This document shows positions 38,881 to 52,896 of a stretch of 64,000 bases of DNA, in pieces. The DNA comes from Octopus sinensis (lineage: Eukaryota): assembly GCF_006345805.1 (NCBI RefSeq), contig NC_042999.1, positions 103,168,001-103,232,000 of the forward strand. The letters are read 5' to 3'. The notes under the pieces are model-generated. The model made no database searches and was not told where the DNA came from. It worked only from the letters and a program-made list of their open reading frames with translations. Numbering within the stretch: position 1 is the first letter of the stretch; every line of letters begins with the position of its first letter. The translations under genes were made by a program, and so were the position numbers.

Positions 38881-39279
38881 ACCAGTAAGCATGTACGTAC
38901 TATGCATGTGTGTGTACATGTATATAAATGTATATATATGTGTGTGTATTCATACACGTACATATATGTATGTATGTATGTCTGTCTGTCTGTCTGTCTG
39001 TATGTCTGTATGTATGTATAGCCTTTTTAGGAATGGTGGATTTCGAAGAAAGCATATAAAGTCATAAATAATAACATGTGAACATTTTGGATAGTAAAAG
39101 TCAGGCAGCCGGTGACTTTTTCTATCCAAAAATTATTTTTACCCTATCTACACGCTATTATCTAGGGCTTTTACTTGCTTTCTTCGAGATCTCTTCTTCC
39201 TAAACAATAAAAATTATTTCTCTTTGTCTCGAACTCTACAAAAATTCATATGACGTCAATACACACACACACACACATA

Positions 39280-39316
<37 letters not shown>

Positions 39317-39420
39317 CTGTATGCATATACATATATATTTTCACTAGTTTTATTCACTGGACTTGGCCATTATGGGAAACTACCTTCTAGTGCTTTCATC
39401 GATCATATTGCCGCTAGTAA

Positions 39421-39717
39421 AAAGGTAAAGACATCCTCCTGTCATGAATGACCATGGGATTGCAGCTAGAAAGTTCCCTACCAAGGTACAAGTCCGGGCA
39501 CTCATACCAGTCTCCCCTTACCACGTCACCGGTGTTATCCAAGGGAAAAAGTCAAAGGCGGATACAGCTTGGCACCAGTGACATCGCAACTCATTTGAAG
39601 TGAAGCAACGTGAAATGAAGTGTCTTGCTCAAGAACGTGTCACACAGCCCAGTCCAGGAATCGAACGCACTACCTCATGATTTTGAGCCCGATGCTCAAA
39701 CCACTGCGCCATCTGCC
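39421..39717 (-). mobile_element. tRNA-derived SINE, family S3-type
   Basis: Minus-strand head GGCAGATGGCGCAGTGGTTTGAG...GTTCGATTCC, then CTTGAGCAAGACACTT core. Confidence 0.8.
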
Positions 39718-40570
39718 ACTGTAACGGTAGTTATTTCATCGATATCAGTCTATAGTTATACATTCTGTAACCTTGCCTTTTGCACTAAACATTGCATTTT
39801 ACGCCTGTGATATCAAACCTGGACCATAACACACATATTCATTTGTACCTGTACTTACTTTTAGTTTCAGTATATATGTGTATTTGTGTATGTGTGTGTG
39901 TATGTGCATTTGTGTTTTGCATGTATTTGTGTGTGTGTGGGGGATGTATGTATGTATGTATGCATGTATGTATGTATGCATGTATGTATGTATCTATGCA
40001 TGTATGTATGTATCTATGCTTGTATGTATGCATGTATGTATGTATGCATGTATGCATACATATATATATATATATACATGCATATATATATATATATATA
40101 TATATATAAATTCATATCTTGAGTGACAACAATGCTCAAGATATATACAACGGGCTGGAAATAGAAGTGCTCTAATGAGCTGTATACACTTTTTTATCCA
40201 AGGGGAGGCAATGCGAGCAACAACCACAGGAACATCAGAAAATCCACAGTATGACCAAACACATACAAATCTTCATATACTCATTTATATCTATAAAGCC
40301 CGACATTTAAAAATTTAAAAATTTAGTAATATATAAATAAATAAATATATCATATTAAAATATGAATTTTGCATATAACACCTTGAATTTACGCTTAAAA
40401 CATTTTGTATAAATTTGCTACAATAAGAGAAATAAATATAATAACAATAAATAAAAATAAAGCATACAAGGCATATTAAAAGACGAATTAAAATTCTAGC
40501 GAAATGTACATAGAAGATGATAATTATACAAGTTTACAAAAATATAAGTTTACAAAGATACACAGATGTC

Positions 40571-40655
40571 CATCTACGGGCAGTTTCGGAGACGCGCCAA
40601 TTAATATTATTAGACATATCATATACTTAAGATTGGCACTCCTCTCATCAGGATG
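40571..40655 (-). ncRNA. Type I hammerhead ribozyme motif, left arm
   Basis: CATC CTGATGA GAGGAGTGCCAAT...ATTGGCGCGTCTCC GAAAC TGCCC GTA GATG. Confidence 0.72.
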
Positions 40656-40739
40656 TCCTATACATACAACACATAGTAAACGTAAACAAAAACACAATCA
40701 CATACCGGCCATCTCCAGAACCGAGACATTAGGTACTCT

Positions 40740-41629
40740 TTGAACAGAAGTAAAATAAGGCGCTATAATGATAGAAATGACGACAGAAGCTTCAATGGAA
40801 AATTCATTAACGACTTAGAAGATAATAGTAATATTAATAGTACGTCTTCTGAAATCGATTATGAAGGGCGTCTTGGAATGACAAATAATGCAAATAGTAG
40901 AAATAATCATAATAATGATGTTGGTGATGATATTAGTGATTATAATGATTATCAGGGTGGTAATAATAGTGTTAATTGTAGTGATAATGATAATATAAAT
41001 ATTAGTAAAAATAGAAATAAAAATAAAAATAAGAATGACGGTAATAGTAAGAATAACAAAAGAATAAATATACCGGAAAATAGTACGAACGCTGGTGTAA
41101 ATGATATGGTGGATCGTAGTACTGGAGGGGGCATGGTTTCGGAGTGGTGAGTAATATGAGACCCCGTAGCAGGTTGAAGAAATGTAATTGTAGGTGCCTC
41201 ATCAGTATGTCCGATTAGCGGAAATTGTCGTCAGGAAAATGTAGTTTATAAATGTAGTGTTGAGGCTCAAGGAGGCCAGAGAAAAATATATATTGGAAGC
41301 ACAGTAGACTTTAAGCAGAGGTACCGATCCCCCTGAGCTTTTTCAACAATCTTAGATATAGGACCTCTACAACTTTGGCATTACATGCTAATGACCTTAA
41401 GGAAAGGAATGTTGAATTAAAAATATCATGGGCTATCCTTGCGCATGCCTTCCCTTATAGAATTGGGTCCACTAGATGTGGTTTATGCATAAGGGAGGCA
41501 TATACTATATTGAAAAGTTACAACAACGCAGTGTTAAATAAGTTCACTGATGCAATACCAGCTTGTACGCATAGGATCCACTCGACGTTCGATAAGAAAT
41601 TTAGAAATAAAAATAGCAATAAAAGTTAG
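40740..41629 (+). pseudogene. PLE ORF C-terminus: Asn/Asp-rich linker plus Cys-motif GIY-YIG endonuclease, about 3 frameshifts
   Basis: Reconstructed: KKCNCR..CPISGNCRQENVVYKCSV...KIYIGSTVDFKQRYRS..TTLA...ISWAIL..AFPY...RCGLCIREAY...LNK...CTH. Confidence 0.9.
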
Positions 41630-42037
41630 AGCTAAGCAATAACAATTGAATTAAATTTAGTAAGCATAGTAAGTAGTAAATGAAATAAAACTAAAGTAAT
41701 GTAATTATTAAAAGAAAAAAAATTATTTAAAAAATTAGCTATTAGCATAAAATCTGTCAAGGACTTGAACCCGAATATGTGGCTTTGCATGTATGTGGGA
41801 ATTTAAAAGATAGATTGAAATAAAATAAAATTAAATTAAATAAGTGCAGAAGTGAAATGGACCAGATGGCGCTGCGTGCATACCATTTACAATGGTTGCT
41901 GGGTCGAATTATATGCGTATACAGTAGCATTCAGGATCGAAGAAAAATTTCTGGGAGTACCTAATGTCTCGCTTCTGAATATGGCCGGTATGTGACTGTG
42001 CTTTTGTTTACGTTTACTATGTGTTGTATGTAAAGGA

Positions 42038-42107
42038 CATCCTGATGAGGAGAGTGCCAATTTTAAGTATATATGTCTAATAATATTAATTGGCGCGTCT
42101 CTGGATG
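42038..42107 (+). ncRNA. Defective hammerhead (GAAAC...GUA segment deleted), right arm
   Basis: CATC CTGATGA GGAGAGTGCCAAT...ATTGGCGCGTCTCT|GGATG lacks about 13 nt present in the left arm. Confidence 0.65.
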
Positions 42108-42409
42108 GACTTCTGTGTATCTTTGTAAGCATATTTTTGTAAACTTGTGTACATTTCGCTAGAATTTTAATTCGTCTTTTAATATGCCTTGTATGCTTTA
42201 TTTTTATTTATTATTATTATATTTATTTCTCTTATTGTAACAAATTTATACTAAATGTTTTAAGCGTAAATTCAAGGTGTTATATGCAAAATTTATATTT
42301 TTATATGATATAAATGAGTATATGAAGATTTGTATGTGTTTGGTCATTCTGTGGATTTTCTGATGTTCCTGTGGTTGTTGCTCGCATTGTCTCCCCTCGA
42401 TTAAAAAAG

Positions 42410-42447
<38 letters not shown>

Positions 42448-42451
42448 ATAT

Positions 42452-42720
42452 TGCCTAGTGGTTAGGATGTTGCAAGATCGTGGTTTCGATTTTCAGACGA
42501 GGCAATGCGTTGTGTTCTCGAAGAAACACTTTGCATCAACTTGCTCTTCTATCACTTCGACATCTGATGCATGTTACATTGTGCACCTGTACAGGCAATG
42601 TTGATTTGATAGAAGTGGAAAGCTTATATGAACAGAAATATTTGATCACTATAAACAAAAAATTAGCTGTTTGGCTGTTCAACAAAAAATCTTGAAACGT
42701 TTATCCGTCGACTAACGACA
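42452..42720 (+). mobile_element. Degenerate tRNA-derived SINE (S3-type)
   Basis: GCCTAGTGGTTAGG and GGTTTCGATT boxes; body shared with 62959-63240. Confidence 0.7.
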
Positions 42721-43529
42721 GGAAATTCCTTAATAGATATACATACGAAACCTGCACAAGAATTATTGGGAACTCAGCAAAAACTATAAAAAGAAAACTA
42801 CAACGCTTATCAATTCGACATTTAATTTCCAAAGTAATCTCCTTCTGAATCCTGCATCGTTTCCCTTGATGAAATTATTTCTGGAACTCCTTTTTATTAG
42901 CCAGCAGCGGCATCTTCGCATTCGCTTGGATTTCCGGGACGTCTTTAAATCTTAGTTTTGGGATCACTTGTTATTACCATTTTCAGAAAGTTTTTGTCTT
43001 CCTACTCACAATCAAGGAAATTCTGTGCAGCTGAAATTTGATCTCCTTTTGACACGACCATGATCTACATACTTTAATCCTAAGCACTACTATAAACAAC
43101 GAAGTGAGCAAGAGCTTACCACACAAGCTACTTACCACACAACCACTCCTGCACCTATATGTGTGTGTGTATATATGTATATACAGGAGCAGCAGACCAT
43201 ATAGTTACAAACGTTTTGTGCTCATTCTTAGTGATGGATACGTATGCGTTCGAGTTTGCAATATATAGAAAATAAGTGACAGCCTGTTGCAGACCTTTCA
43301 ACAAGCAAATTAGCTATTTAATTAATCTCTATAAGAGATGAAAGTAGTGACTATACTTCAACGTGGCTGTTCCGCAGTTACTATAATTTTAGTTCCTGGA
43401 GGACGTCTCTTCCAGCAGGTTGTTCGATACGATCTGTGCCCGATATATATTGAACAAACACGCGCACACATATACATACAAACACAAACACACACACATA
43501 TACATATATATGTATTTATGCATATATAT

Positions 43530-43899
43530 TCTTTTATTCATTATTTGTTTCAGTCTTTTAACTGCAGCCATGCTGAGAACCGCCTTTAGTCGGAGAAACT
43601 GACCCCAGGACTTATTCTTTGTAAGCCTAGTACTTATTCTTTCGGTTTCTTTTGCCGAACCGCTAATGTTAGGGGAACGTAAACACACCAGCATCGGTTG
43701 TCAAGCGATGGTGGTGGGGAGACACACACACACATATACGAAGGTCTTCTTTCAGTTTCTGTCTACCGAATCCACTCACAAGGCTTTGGTCGGCCCAAGG
43801 CTATAGCAGAAGACATTTGCCCAAGGTGCCACACAGTGAAATGAACCCGAAACAATGTTGTTCAGAAGCAAGCTACTTACCACACAACCACTCCTGCAC
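43530..43899 (-). mobile_element. SINE S2, near full length
   Basis: Reverse complement of 49623-50040. Confidence 0.9.
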
Positions 43900-43921
43900 T
43901 TGTGTGTTTGTGTATATATAT

Positions 43922-44016
<95 letters not shown>

Positions 44017-44194
44017 ATATGTGTGTGTGGTGTGTATATGTGTGTGTGTATATGTTGTGTGTGTGTATATTGTGTGTGTGTATATATATATATATATGTG
44101 TGTGTATATATATATGTGTGTGTGTATATATATATGTGTGTGTGTGTATATATGTGTGTGTGTGTATGTATATGTGTATATATATAATATATAT

Positions 44195-44228
<34 letters not shown>

Positions 44229-47200
44229 ATATATTACACATCCATATGTATACATAAATGTGAGAGTGCGTATGTATATTTATACAGACATAAGTACATA
44301 CATATATACATATAGACACATATATATACGGTAAGCTTCCCAGTGTTTGTAAATATGTCGTTCAGTGTGTGTATGCCCCAAACCCGTCAAAGCAGTGTTC
44401 CAGCATGGATGCATCACAAGTAGAAGAATGAAAGTTTAATGAAAAAATATTCTGAAGATGAGTAAGTTTAGACATCAGAAATAGATTTAAGAAAATCTAT
44501 AAAAAATGGAATCTACACAAGTTTCGCTGGTAATTTTCGTATAGGAATAGAGGCATTCGCGTAAATGTTGACAGACGAGTTTTTCGCTTCTTCAATCAGT
44601 GGAACGTGCATTCTAGTGTGATTGTGCATTCTAGCGCAAATATACCTTAAATAGAATATTCAGATAAACTCGAATTAGTAGCGAAGTCAATCTGATAAAA
44701 AAAATATATTCCCGGAATTGTCTTCAACATGACGTCACATTTATCAACTACATTGTGTTTATCATACAAAACAGACAAATGAAATGGCTGTTTATATAGG
44801 GTATGAATTCAAAAAACTTTATATATCGTGATATAGTATCTCACGGGTAGATTGGTTTTGAAACAGTTAAAAACTTCTCCAATAAGACGCTGAATATAAC
44901 ATGATCTCCATAGGATATTATATGATCATAAGCATTTTAAGAATATATATTTTACACTAGTGAAGTTATGTGGCATTTTAGATACTTTATTTTACCTAGT
45001 TCACAGACATTTATTAATTTTATCAGCAATTAGACAAAGCAAACCGTATTTGTTTTGAATACAGCGGCCATGTTGGAGCACTGCCTTTATTCGAACAAAC
45101 TGACTCCAGGACTTATTCTTCGAAAGCCTAGTACTTATTCTATTGGTCTCTTTTGCCGAACCGCATTTTTTGACTCCGGTTAAATTAATATTGTCAAGGT
45201 GAGATTATCATAAGTAATATTAAAAAATGAGTTAAACAATTTACGTTACATAACACACGCCAGTACATGGAACTTGAACTGCAATCATAATTCAATATGC
45301 ATTCATACTCTAGCTTAATTATATACATGCAACTCACTCATAACAACTATACACACACATTTATATAACAGAATTCTGAAGTAGGATCCTACAGGACCCA
45401 ACTCTCCTTGATGCGCTGCACAGAAAATGCACAGCGAATATACCATGAATATTACTGTAAATCTTTAAAATGCAGTAAACTCACGAAGACATTGCTATAA
45501 ATTGTTAATGCATAAAATTAAAAGCAACTGTAGCTTAAAGTTATTTGATTCATAATTTCTGCAATATAGTAATTATAGTATATGTTTTAGGCAGTTTATT
45601 GGTTGTTATTAACAAAGTCTAGAAGCTCTGAGCTTTGTACCCCATATTGTACCGTGGTCATTAATGATATAAAGTCAACGTAGACAAAAAAAATCAGTTA
45701 TTGGGAGCCACTTTCCCAATTTCAAGAGTTTGATCTTTATTCTTTTCTTAAGGTAGCACAATATCACAAACTATCTCGCTTCATGGGAATATTGATGGAA
45801 ATAATTTCGTATCCATAAAGTTGCACGTGATAGCCTTTCAATAAATTTGTGATTAAATGTTACGGTATATTTCGTTATATCTGAATAACATTAAAAAAAA
45901 CCCCAAAGAAATGAAGGAAAAATCATTCAGCAATCGCACTCACCTACCATAGAAATGCAATTTGCAAAGCTTCAATCAGGCATGCAGGAAAATACTTACA
46001 TAAACATATAAACACATTTAAGATCTCAACCGTGATGATTCATCAATTTAAAGATTGCATCAATTATCCATATATATTTTTCATCGATTAATTAATCGCA
46101 TTATTTAGTCTTTACTTTTCCAAAACGAGAAATGAAAAGTAGTTGGTAAAAAAAGGAAGACAAGAAAGATTAAGACGATAGTAAGTCCTTTGTTCATTTA
46201 CTTGGCGCGCGCTGCAATGTTTAATTTCAATGGCCTTCATTAACTCCTGATTGTTACTACAATGTCATCCAGCGTAAAAATTCAATCAATTGTACGCAAT
46301 TAACGAATATAAAATATTATTCTTCAATATAATTCCCATTTCAAAATTAAACGATCTTCCTTTGATATAGTAATTTGTATAGACAAATTAATAAGCAAGC
46401 AAAAATGATATATATGGCAATAAATATCATACCGATAAACCTCACAGAAATGCGAGTACAAAAAGAAGAAAAGAAAAACGTATACAATTTAATGCAAAGC
46501 TATAGTAAAAGCGAAGTTACAGTCTTTTATTACTACCGAAAAGAAGAAAGAGTAACTTTGAATATCCCGCAGTTCTTATACTATATAATGCTATAAGAGT
46601 GAATGAGTCAAAATATAACAGTACCTCTTTATTTCTTGTCATATTTATGATCCTTATTAACATATATTCTCATCATTGCCAACTATAGATTTACGTTCAT
46701 GAGCATTGAGAAGTATATATCACTTTTGATCTCCAGCCGCTGAGTCATATCTGAAGCGTTCTAATCTACCTCTTTATGCTATACCAATATTCTTGAATGC
46801 TCACTTCATCGGTTTTATGAGCATTGTTATTTTAATAGATCTTTGTTCAAAAAGTAGCATCAGTATAAATGTATATGATCAATTCAGTATAACGTTCTCA
46901 ATATCTATGTACAGTAGTCGATGTGAACATCCTACATACAAAATGACTTCTATCTACATCAATATATGCCCATTACTCTCTGTGTGTTTTTCTCCCCGTT
47001 ATGCTGTGCGAAAAATATCTTCGTGTATCCGCGTGTATGAAGGTTCGTGTACTTATCGAGAGAAATTTAACTTTTGAACTTAAATGAGTTAGTTTGTAAA
47101 TATTGTAAGTATCGCGAATGCATGTATGCCGGCAAATGTGTATGTGTGTGAGAGTGCGTGAATGTGTGTGGATTGCAGTATACAGAACGAATGCAATTAT

Positions 47201-48469
47201 AGATTTAAATATAATAAAAGAAATATCTTTGTTTCGGTTGTCTTTGAAATCACGCGCTGATAGCAGAATCAGCAGTCTGCTTGGAAATCCTGAGATGGTA
47301 AAGTAGGCGCTTGGCATTAATGACCCCTTCGTTCATATCGAAGGTTTAAGGATCTGCATAACCGCTTGACTGACAGCTCACTTATTTCGAATAAAGTTCT
47401 TTCTACTCTTGTAATCGATCAATGAATAAACAACTATAAATTATTATATTATACACACGCAGGCACATGCATATACATACATATACATACATCTGCATAC
47501 ATATAGATATATATACATGTGTATGTGTGTGTGTGCGTGCGTGTGCACTTGCTTGTTTAAAGAAAATTATTCATATATATTGCACAGATTTCTGTCAAGT
47601 ACATATGCCGAACACACACTGACCTACATATCTCTTCGCTGGTTGCAATGTCAGTTGCATATGTATATTTGTTTTCACGATAAGGAAATTTCCACGCTTT
47701 CATGTTTGTATTGATTAATATTATTCACATTAAAATGCTCCATCTTACGAACAGGTGAGTGTTCAGCTTAGGAACTCACGATAAAATCCAGTGGCATATT
47801 TGAACCCATGGCCTACCATCTGTTTCAACAATACTTATAATAGAATGCCTTGCTTTACATGGAACCTGTGTGTAGGGTAATGTGAACGTGTGTACGTGCA
47901 TCATACACACACACACATACACATGCATATATATGTGTGTGTATGTGTTTATATATGAATATGTACACACATACACACACAGATGCATATAGATAGATAC
48001 ATAAAATTTGGATTTGATGTTTCTTTTCAACGCTACTTGTTCGCTTATCAAGATTGATGAACGGAAACAGTAAGATGTGATGAAAGGAAATCTTACCTTT
48101 AAATGAATAATGTAAACACTTGAAGTGTTTATTGAGCACTTTTTTCTTCAATTTTAAGTACACACACACACACACACTCACACACACACAGACACACACA
48201 CACACACACCACACACACACACACACAGAAGCAAACATATACACTTCTGTTCGTGACTGTCCTGATCAGTCCAGCTAAGAGTGAAACACAGAGTGGACTG
48301 TCAGATCTTTGAGGTCTATACCAGAAAACGTTTGCTTTACTTAGACATTATTATTGATATATTTCACTACTCTTCCATTACTTTATATAAGTATATGTGT
48401 GTGTGTGTGTGTGTGTAAGTGTATGTGTTTGTATACATGCATGCATAAGTACATACATAAACATACATA

Positions 48470-49480
48470 TGTCGAAAATTATCTGCACTTTAGATCAATT
48501 TTTGGGGATGGTTGACCGCACTGCATTCAGCACTCGATGGTACTCCTGTGGTTATGTAAATGAAGTTTAACCTTGATCCCTTCATGTTTATTTCTTATGT
48601 TTCGGAGTAACCACGGCCGCTCTGCTTGTAGTGTGCAACAAAGAACAGAGATCAGTGATCCGATTTCTTTGGTCTGAAGGTGTTTCAAGACCTGAAATTC
48701 ATCGAAGGTTTTCAGAACAATACAGGGGCAGTAAAAGTGTGTATGAAAGCTTATCGAAATGCATAAGCGCAATCGTGTAGAGATGGTGAAGACGATGCTC
48801 TTTTGGAGGAAATAATCACAGGAAATGAGATCTGGGTTATCACTTTTAGCCAGAATCTAAAACGCAAGAGTGGTGTGAAAACACACGGAATTGCCAGTGA
48901 AAAAGAAATGCATGCCTCAATTCCGCAGAAAAAGTCACGCTAATCATTTCTGGGAACGCAAAACAACCTATACTGGAATATTATCCGGAAAAGGGGTCTA
49001 TAATCACCAGCGTGGGCTACAGTGAAATACTGGCTAACAGACTGAAGTCACCAGTTCGCAACAAATACCGAGGTCTATTAGCAAATGAAGTAGTCATTGT
49101 TGCACAACAAAACACACATACGGCCGCTTACACCGTTGAAACCATCACTGAAAATTTGGGTTTGGATTTGCTGGAACGACCTGCATATAGTCAAGATCCT
49201 GTACCTTCCACCTATCACCTCTTTGGACTGTTCAAGCATCCTTTACGTGGTCTTCGATTTGCTACGGACCAAGAAGCGCAGGAATCAGTGCATAAATGGG
49301 TGCGCGACCAGCCGAAAACCTTCTTCTATGATATAAACAAGCGTGTGGCTTGTGGACAGCTCGAAAAAGGGTATCAGAAAGCAATGAAACTATGTCGAAA
49401 ATGGTGTAATTGTCCAACCCCTATTTTAGCTTTAATAGATTATAGAAGTAAGAATGCGTATAATTTTTAACTTTCCATCG
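48470..49480 (+). mobile_element. Decayed mariner-family transposon with internal deletions
   Basis: EQRSVIRFLWSEG...EIHRRF N-terminus; TGNEIW; YSQDPVPSTYHLFG (degenerate YSPDLAPSDYHLF); degenerate TIRs AAAATTATCTGCAC / TGCGTATAATTTT. Confidence 0.88.
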
Positions 49481-49622
49481 TATATAACCGATTAAGACGA
49501 CCACGAACCACACAAACACCTGTCTTAACTGAAACAAAATAGCTTTGCTACTTAGTGGCCAGCATAAATTTTTCAATTGATCAAAACGTAAATAAATCGT
49601 AAAGAAAACTTACACATACATA

Positions 49623-50040
49623 GGCGCAAGAGTGGCTGTGTGGTAAGTAGCTTGTTAACCAACCACATGGTTCCGGGTTCAGTCCCACTGCGTGGCATCT
49701 TGGACAAGTGTCTTCTGCTATAGCCCCGTGCCGACCAATGCCTTGTGAGTGGATTTGGTAGACGGAAACTGAAAGAAGCCTGTCGTATATATGTATATAT
49801 ATATGTGTGTGTGTGTATGTGTTTGTGTGTCTGTGTTTGTCCCCCTAACATAGCTTGACAACCGATGATGGTGTGTTTACGTCCCCGTCACTTAGCGGTT
49901 CGGCGAAAGAGACCGATGGAATAAGTACTGGGCTTACAAAGAATAAGTCCCGGTGTCGATTTGCTCGACCAAAAGGCGGTGCTCCAGCATGGCCGCAGTC
50001 AAATGACTGAAACAAGTAAAAGAGTAAAGAGTAAAGAGTA
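49623..50040 (+). mobile_element. SINE S2, full length
   Basis: Pol III A/B-box-like head and (GTAAAAGA)n tail. Confidence 0.92.
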
Positions 50041-52707
50041 TACAAACACACAGATATGTGCTAAATTGATATTGATATCTGTGTATGGGTGTGTGATTAT
50101 ATGCGTGTGTTCGACGCGAGAAAGTGTAGGAATATTGTAAATTGTACATGGCTTTAACACGTTTGCTCTATACCCTTTAGAGGCACATTAATGAGTTTAT
50201 GAGAAATGGACGAAGTTATTCTTTGACCAAATGCTTGTGAAAGTTGTCTTGACAAAAGGTGTTCAATAAGTATATGTACCAAACTGAGCAATAGCTTTCC
50301 ATCTCCATACCCAAAATACCATACCACACTCTTATCAAAAATAGAGGAAAACCAACTAACGAACGAAGACGTCTCAAATTGTCATTATATCATCTACAAG
50401 TAGCCGCCAGATTTTCCCCTTATTGATACCCCACCAGCATAAAAGGTGATGTGTTGCCTGAACATAACATGGTATGGGTATGGCTGGAACGCTTTGATAA
50501 TAAGTTTGCTTGATTAGAGCTGAACAGGAGCAAAACAAAAAAAGCAACATTATCATCGTCTTCATTATCAACATCGTCGTCGTCATCGTTATCATCATCT
50601 GCAGCAGCAGTAACAACAACAACAGCAACAACGGCAGCAGTAGCAACAACAATAACAACAGCAGGTAGATTTGTCTCGCACTTCCACCATCCGGGAACCT
50701 CCAATGCACAAGTTTCTCCATTATTGATCGTCCTTTTCGCATCCAACTCTTCACGCCTACCACTGATCACTATTGCCATTTTTACCTCCCTTGAACAACA
50801 GCTCTCGGGAATCTACTCTTAACTCATATCTTTCAGGTGGGTATTAGCTTGGAACAACTTTGCCCGAATATTAAAGACAGCACCAAACTGATTGGTCGCG
50901 GAGGGTCTACAATAGTCTCGAGCACTAAGGTTTCCTTTAGACTCAGAAAAATGAAAGCAAGAAGAACCATTGCAACTACAGATTTCGTGCTAATTCAATA
51001 ATTTCGAGCCAGTCATTTTAAGTTGTTTCGCCAATCAGTGAATTTATTTGTTTCCGAGAAATACTTTAAACCTCTTGTATTATTCAAGATACTGCAGGTG
51101 TATTTAGACAGTGATTCGCTGGTGAGTTCTGTTAAGACCCACACACGTCTGGAGTTGTTCGAGTACTACTAAGTATTAATCTTAGGTTTCACTAATATAA
51201 CTATGCGTAACTAGTATTGATTAATTAAAATTTTAAAGGCGTCTCCCTAAATTTTTATTAGATTTCGTCATAGAAATAATGAATGATCAATTCTGATCAA
51301 TATTATTAATGATATTTATATGTATTAAAATGTATTGGTACACTAGATAAAGTATAGTAGCGCTTATTTTACTATTGAGTTTTCATGCAGTAGGAATGTT
51401 ATGTTATTCCTTTCTGTCCATCTGTTAATTCAAAATTCGATATGGTAGTCTGATGAGTTAGTCTCTCCTCTAAAAATCACATCAAAACACATGTATAAAA
51501 TATATACATAAATACATTTTATAAGTTTTTCAACACCAAATATATTGACAGCATACAATGTCGTAAAATCACGAAGTTACACAAAACAAAAATATGCATT
51601 GATTTCCAGTATATTATCGAGACTTACTTTCTCAGTCGCAAAGAGATGGATGACTCAGTCAACTGAGAGCCGGATTTGAAATCCGAAAGTCAGTTATAAG
51701 GAATAGAAAAGAAAAAGAAATCAAGTAAATGAAAAGCTCGTAAGTAAATTCAGCAACAAATTTTACCAAGGGATGTAACTAAGCTGTCATCTGCTGTGAT
51801 TATTATGTTCAGATGTTACGTTGGTATATAATACATAGCTCTCTAACGTTGGCACAAGGACACAATATCATTCAATGCTTCCAGTGCGCGTGCACACATA
51901 CATGTGCACAAATTTATATGGCTGGGAATATGACGGCTCATTTTATGGCATAGTATCAGCCATAAAACTTGTTCCTTCTCAGTAATAATATCCTGTCATT
52001 TATTTAATAATTCTCTTATTAATTTCTCGGAAACCTTGTCTATTCTCTTCAGTCATGCTTTCCCTTCTAACCACTTTTCATTCTTACTCGTGCAGAATCT
52101 TGTTTCCTATCATCATTGTTCATAATTTACCTTCTTTATTGATAAATAATTTTCATCTTTTCTCTATTAGCTTCAGCTTCTAGCATCTTTCCTTCCGTTA
52201 ATTTTATTCATTTTCTCCTGTATAAAACTCTTCGTGCCGTTCTTTATTCGCCCCACTTTGTTCCTAATTCTTATTTCCTATGTTTGGTCCGTCCCCAGTT
52301 TTTCTATGTATCTTCTCTGCCTTGCTCGATTCAATTCTCCCTGTCGTGCTCTATCATTGACACCGAGCTCAATCAACTGCCCCTCTTAATTACTGGCCCA
52401 CCAAGTTCAATTACAGTATCAAAATAATTTAAGAAGTAGTTGCTCCTATATATTTGGCAACTCCAGCGTGTAACCTTACTTAATTTTTACGAAGGAATTT
52501 AAGAACACACTTATTAATATATAGATCGCTGGAAAAATTCCATATCTAGGATATACTGTTACACAAACCTTGCAAATAAAGCTAGAAATACGGTTACTTC
52601 CGTATATATAATGGAATGCAAACATAGACGTCCTATATTCTTGATACTGATTTGTTCTAAAATGCTTGCGTTAAATCGACGGGTAAATAGTGAGAGAGTG
52701 AGTGAAT

Positions 52708-52751
<44 letters not shown>

Positions 52752-52855
52752 CAAACAAACGTTATTGGCACAAACATACATAAAGATACGCATACACACA
52801 GAGAAATGCGAATGTAGTACGCACATACACACATCATAAATATATACGTTCATTT

Positions 52856-52896
<41 letters not shown>

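Larger units (their letters stand above)
40110..42412 (+). mobile_element. 5'-truncated Penelope-like element with long inverted HHR-containing arms
   Basis: 40183-40739 is an inverted, diverged copy of 41955-42412. An Asn-rich linker plus GIY-YIG endonuclease lies between; both ends abut (TA)n. Confidence 0.88.

Noticed and set aside
44450-44495. CTGAAGA...GAAA motif
   Set aside because: Stems I and III cannot be formed around an NUH triplet.
51661-51695. Hairpin with CTGAGA, GAAA and GTC
   Set aside because: Core incomplete (N7 missing), no stem III; the flanks pair with the core itself.
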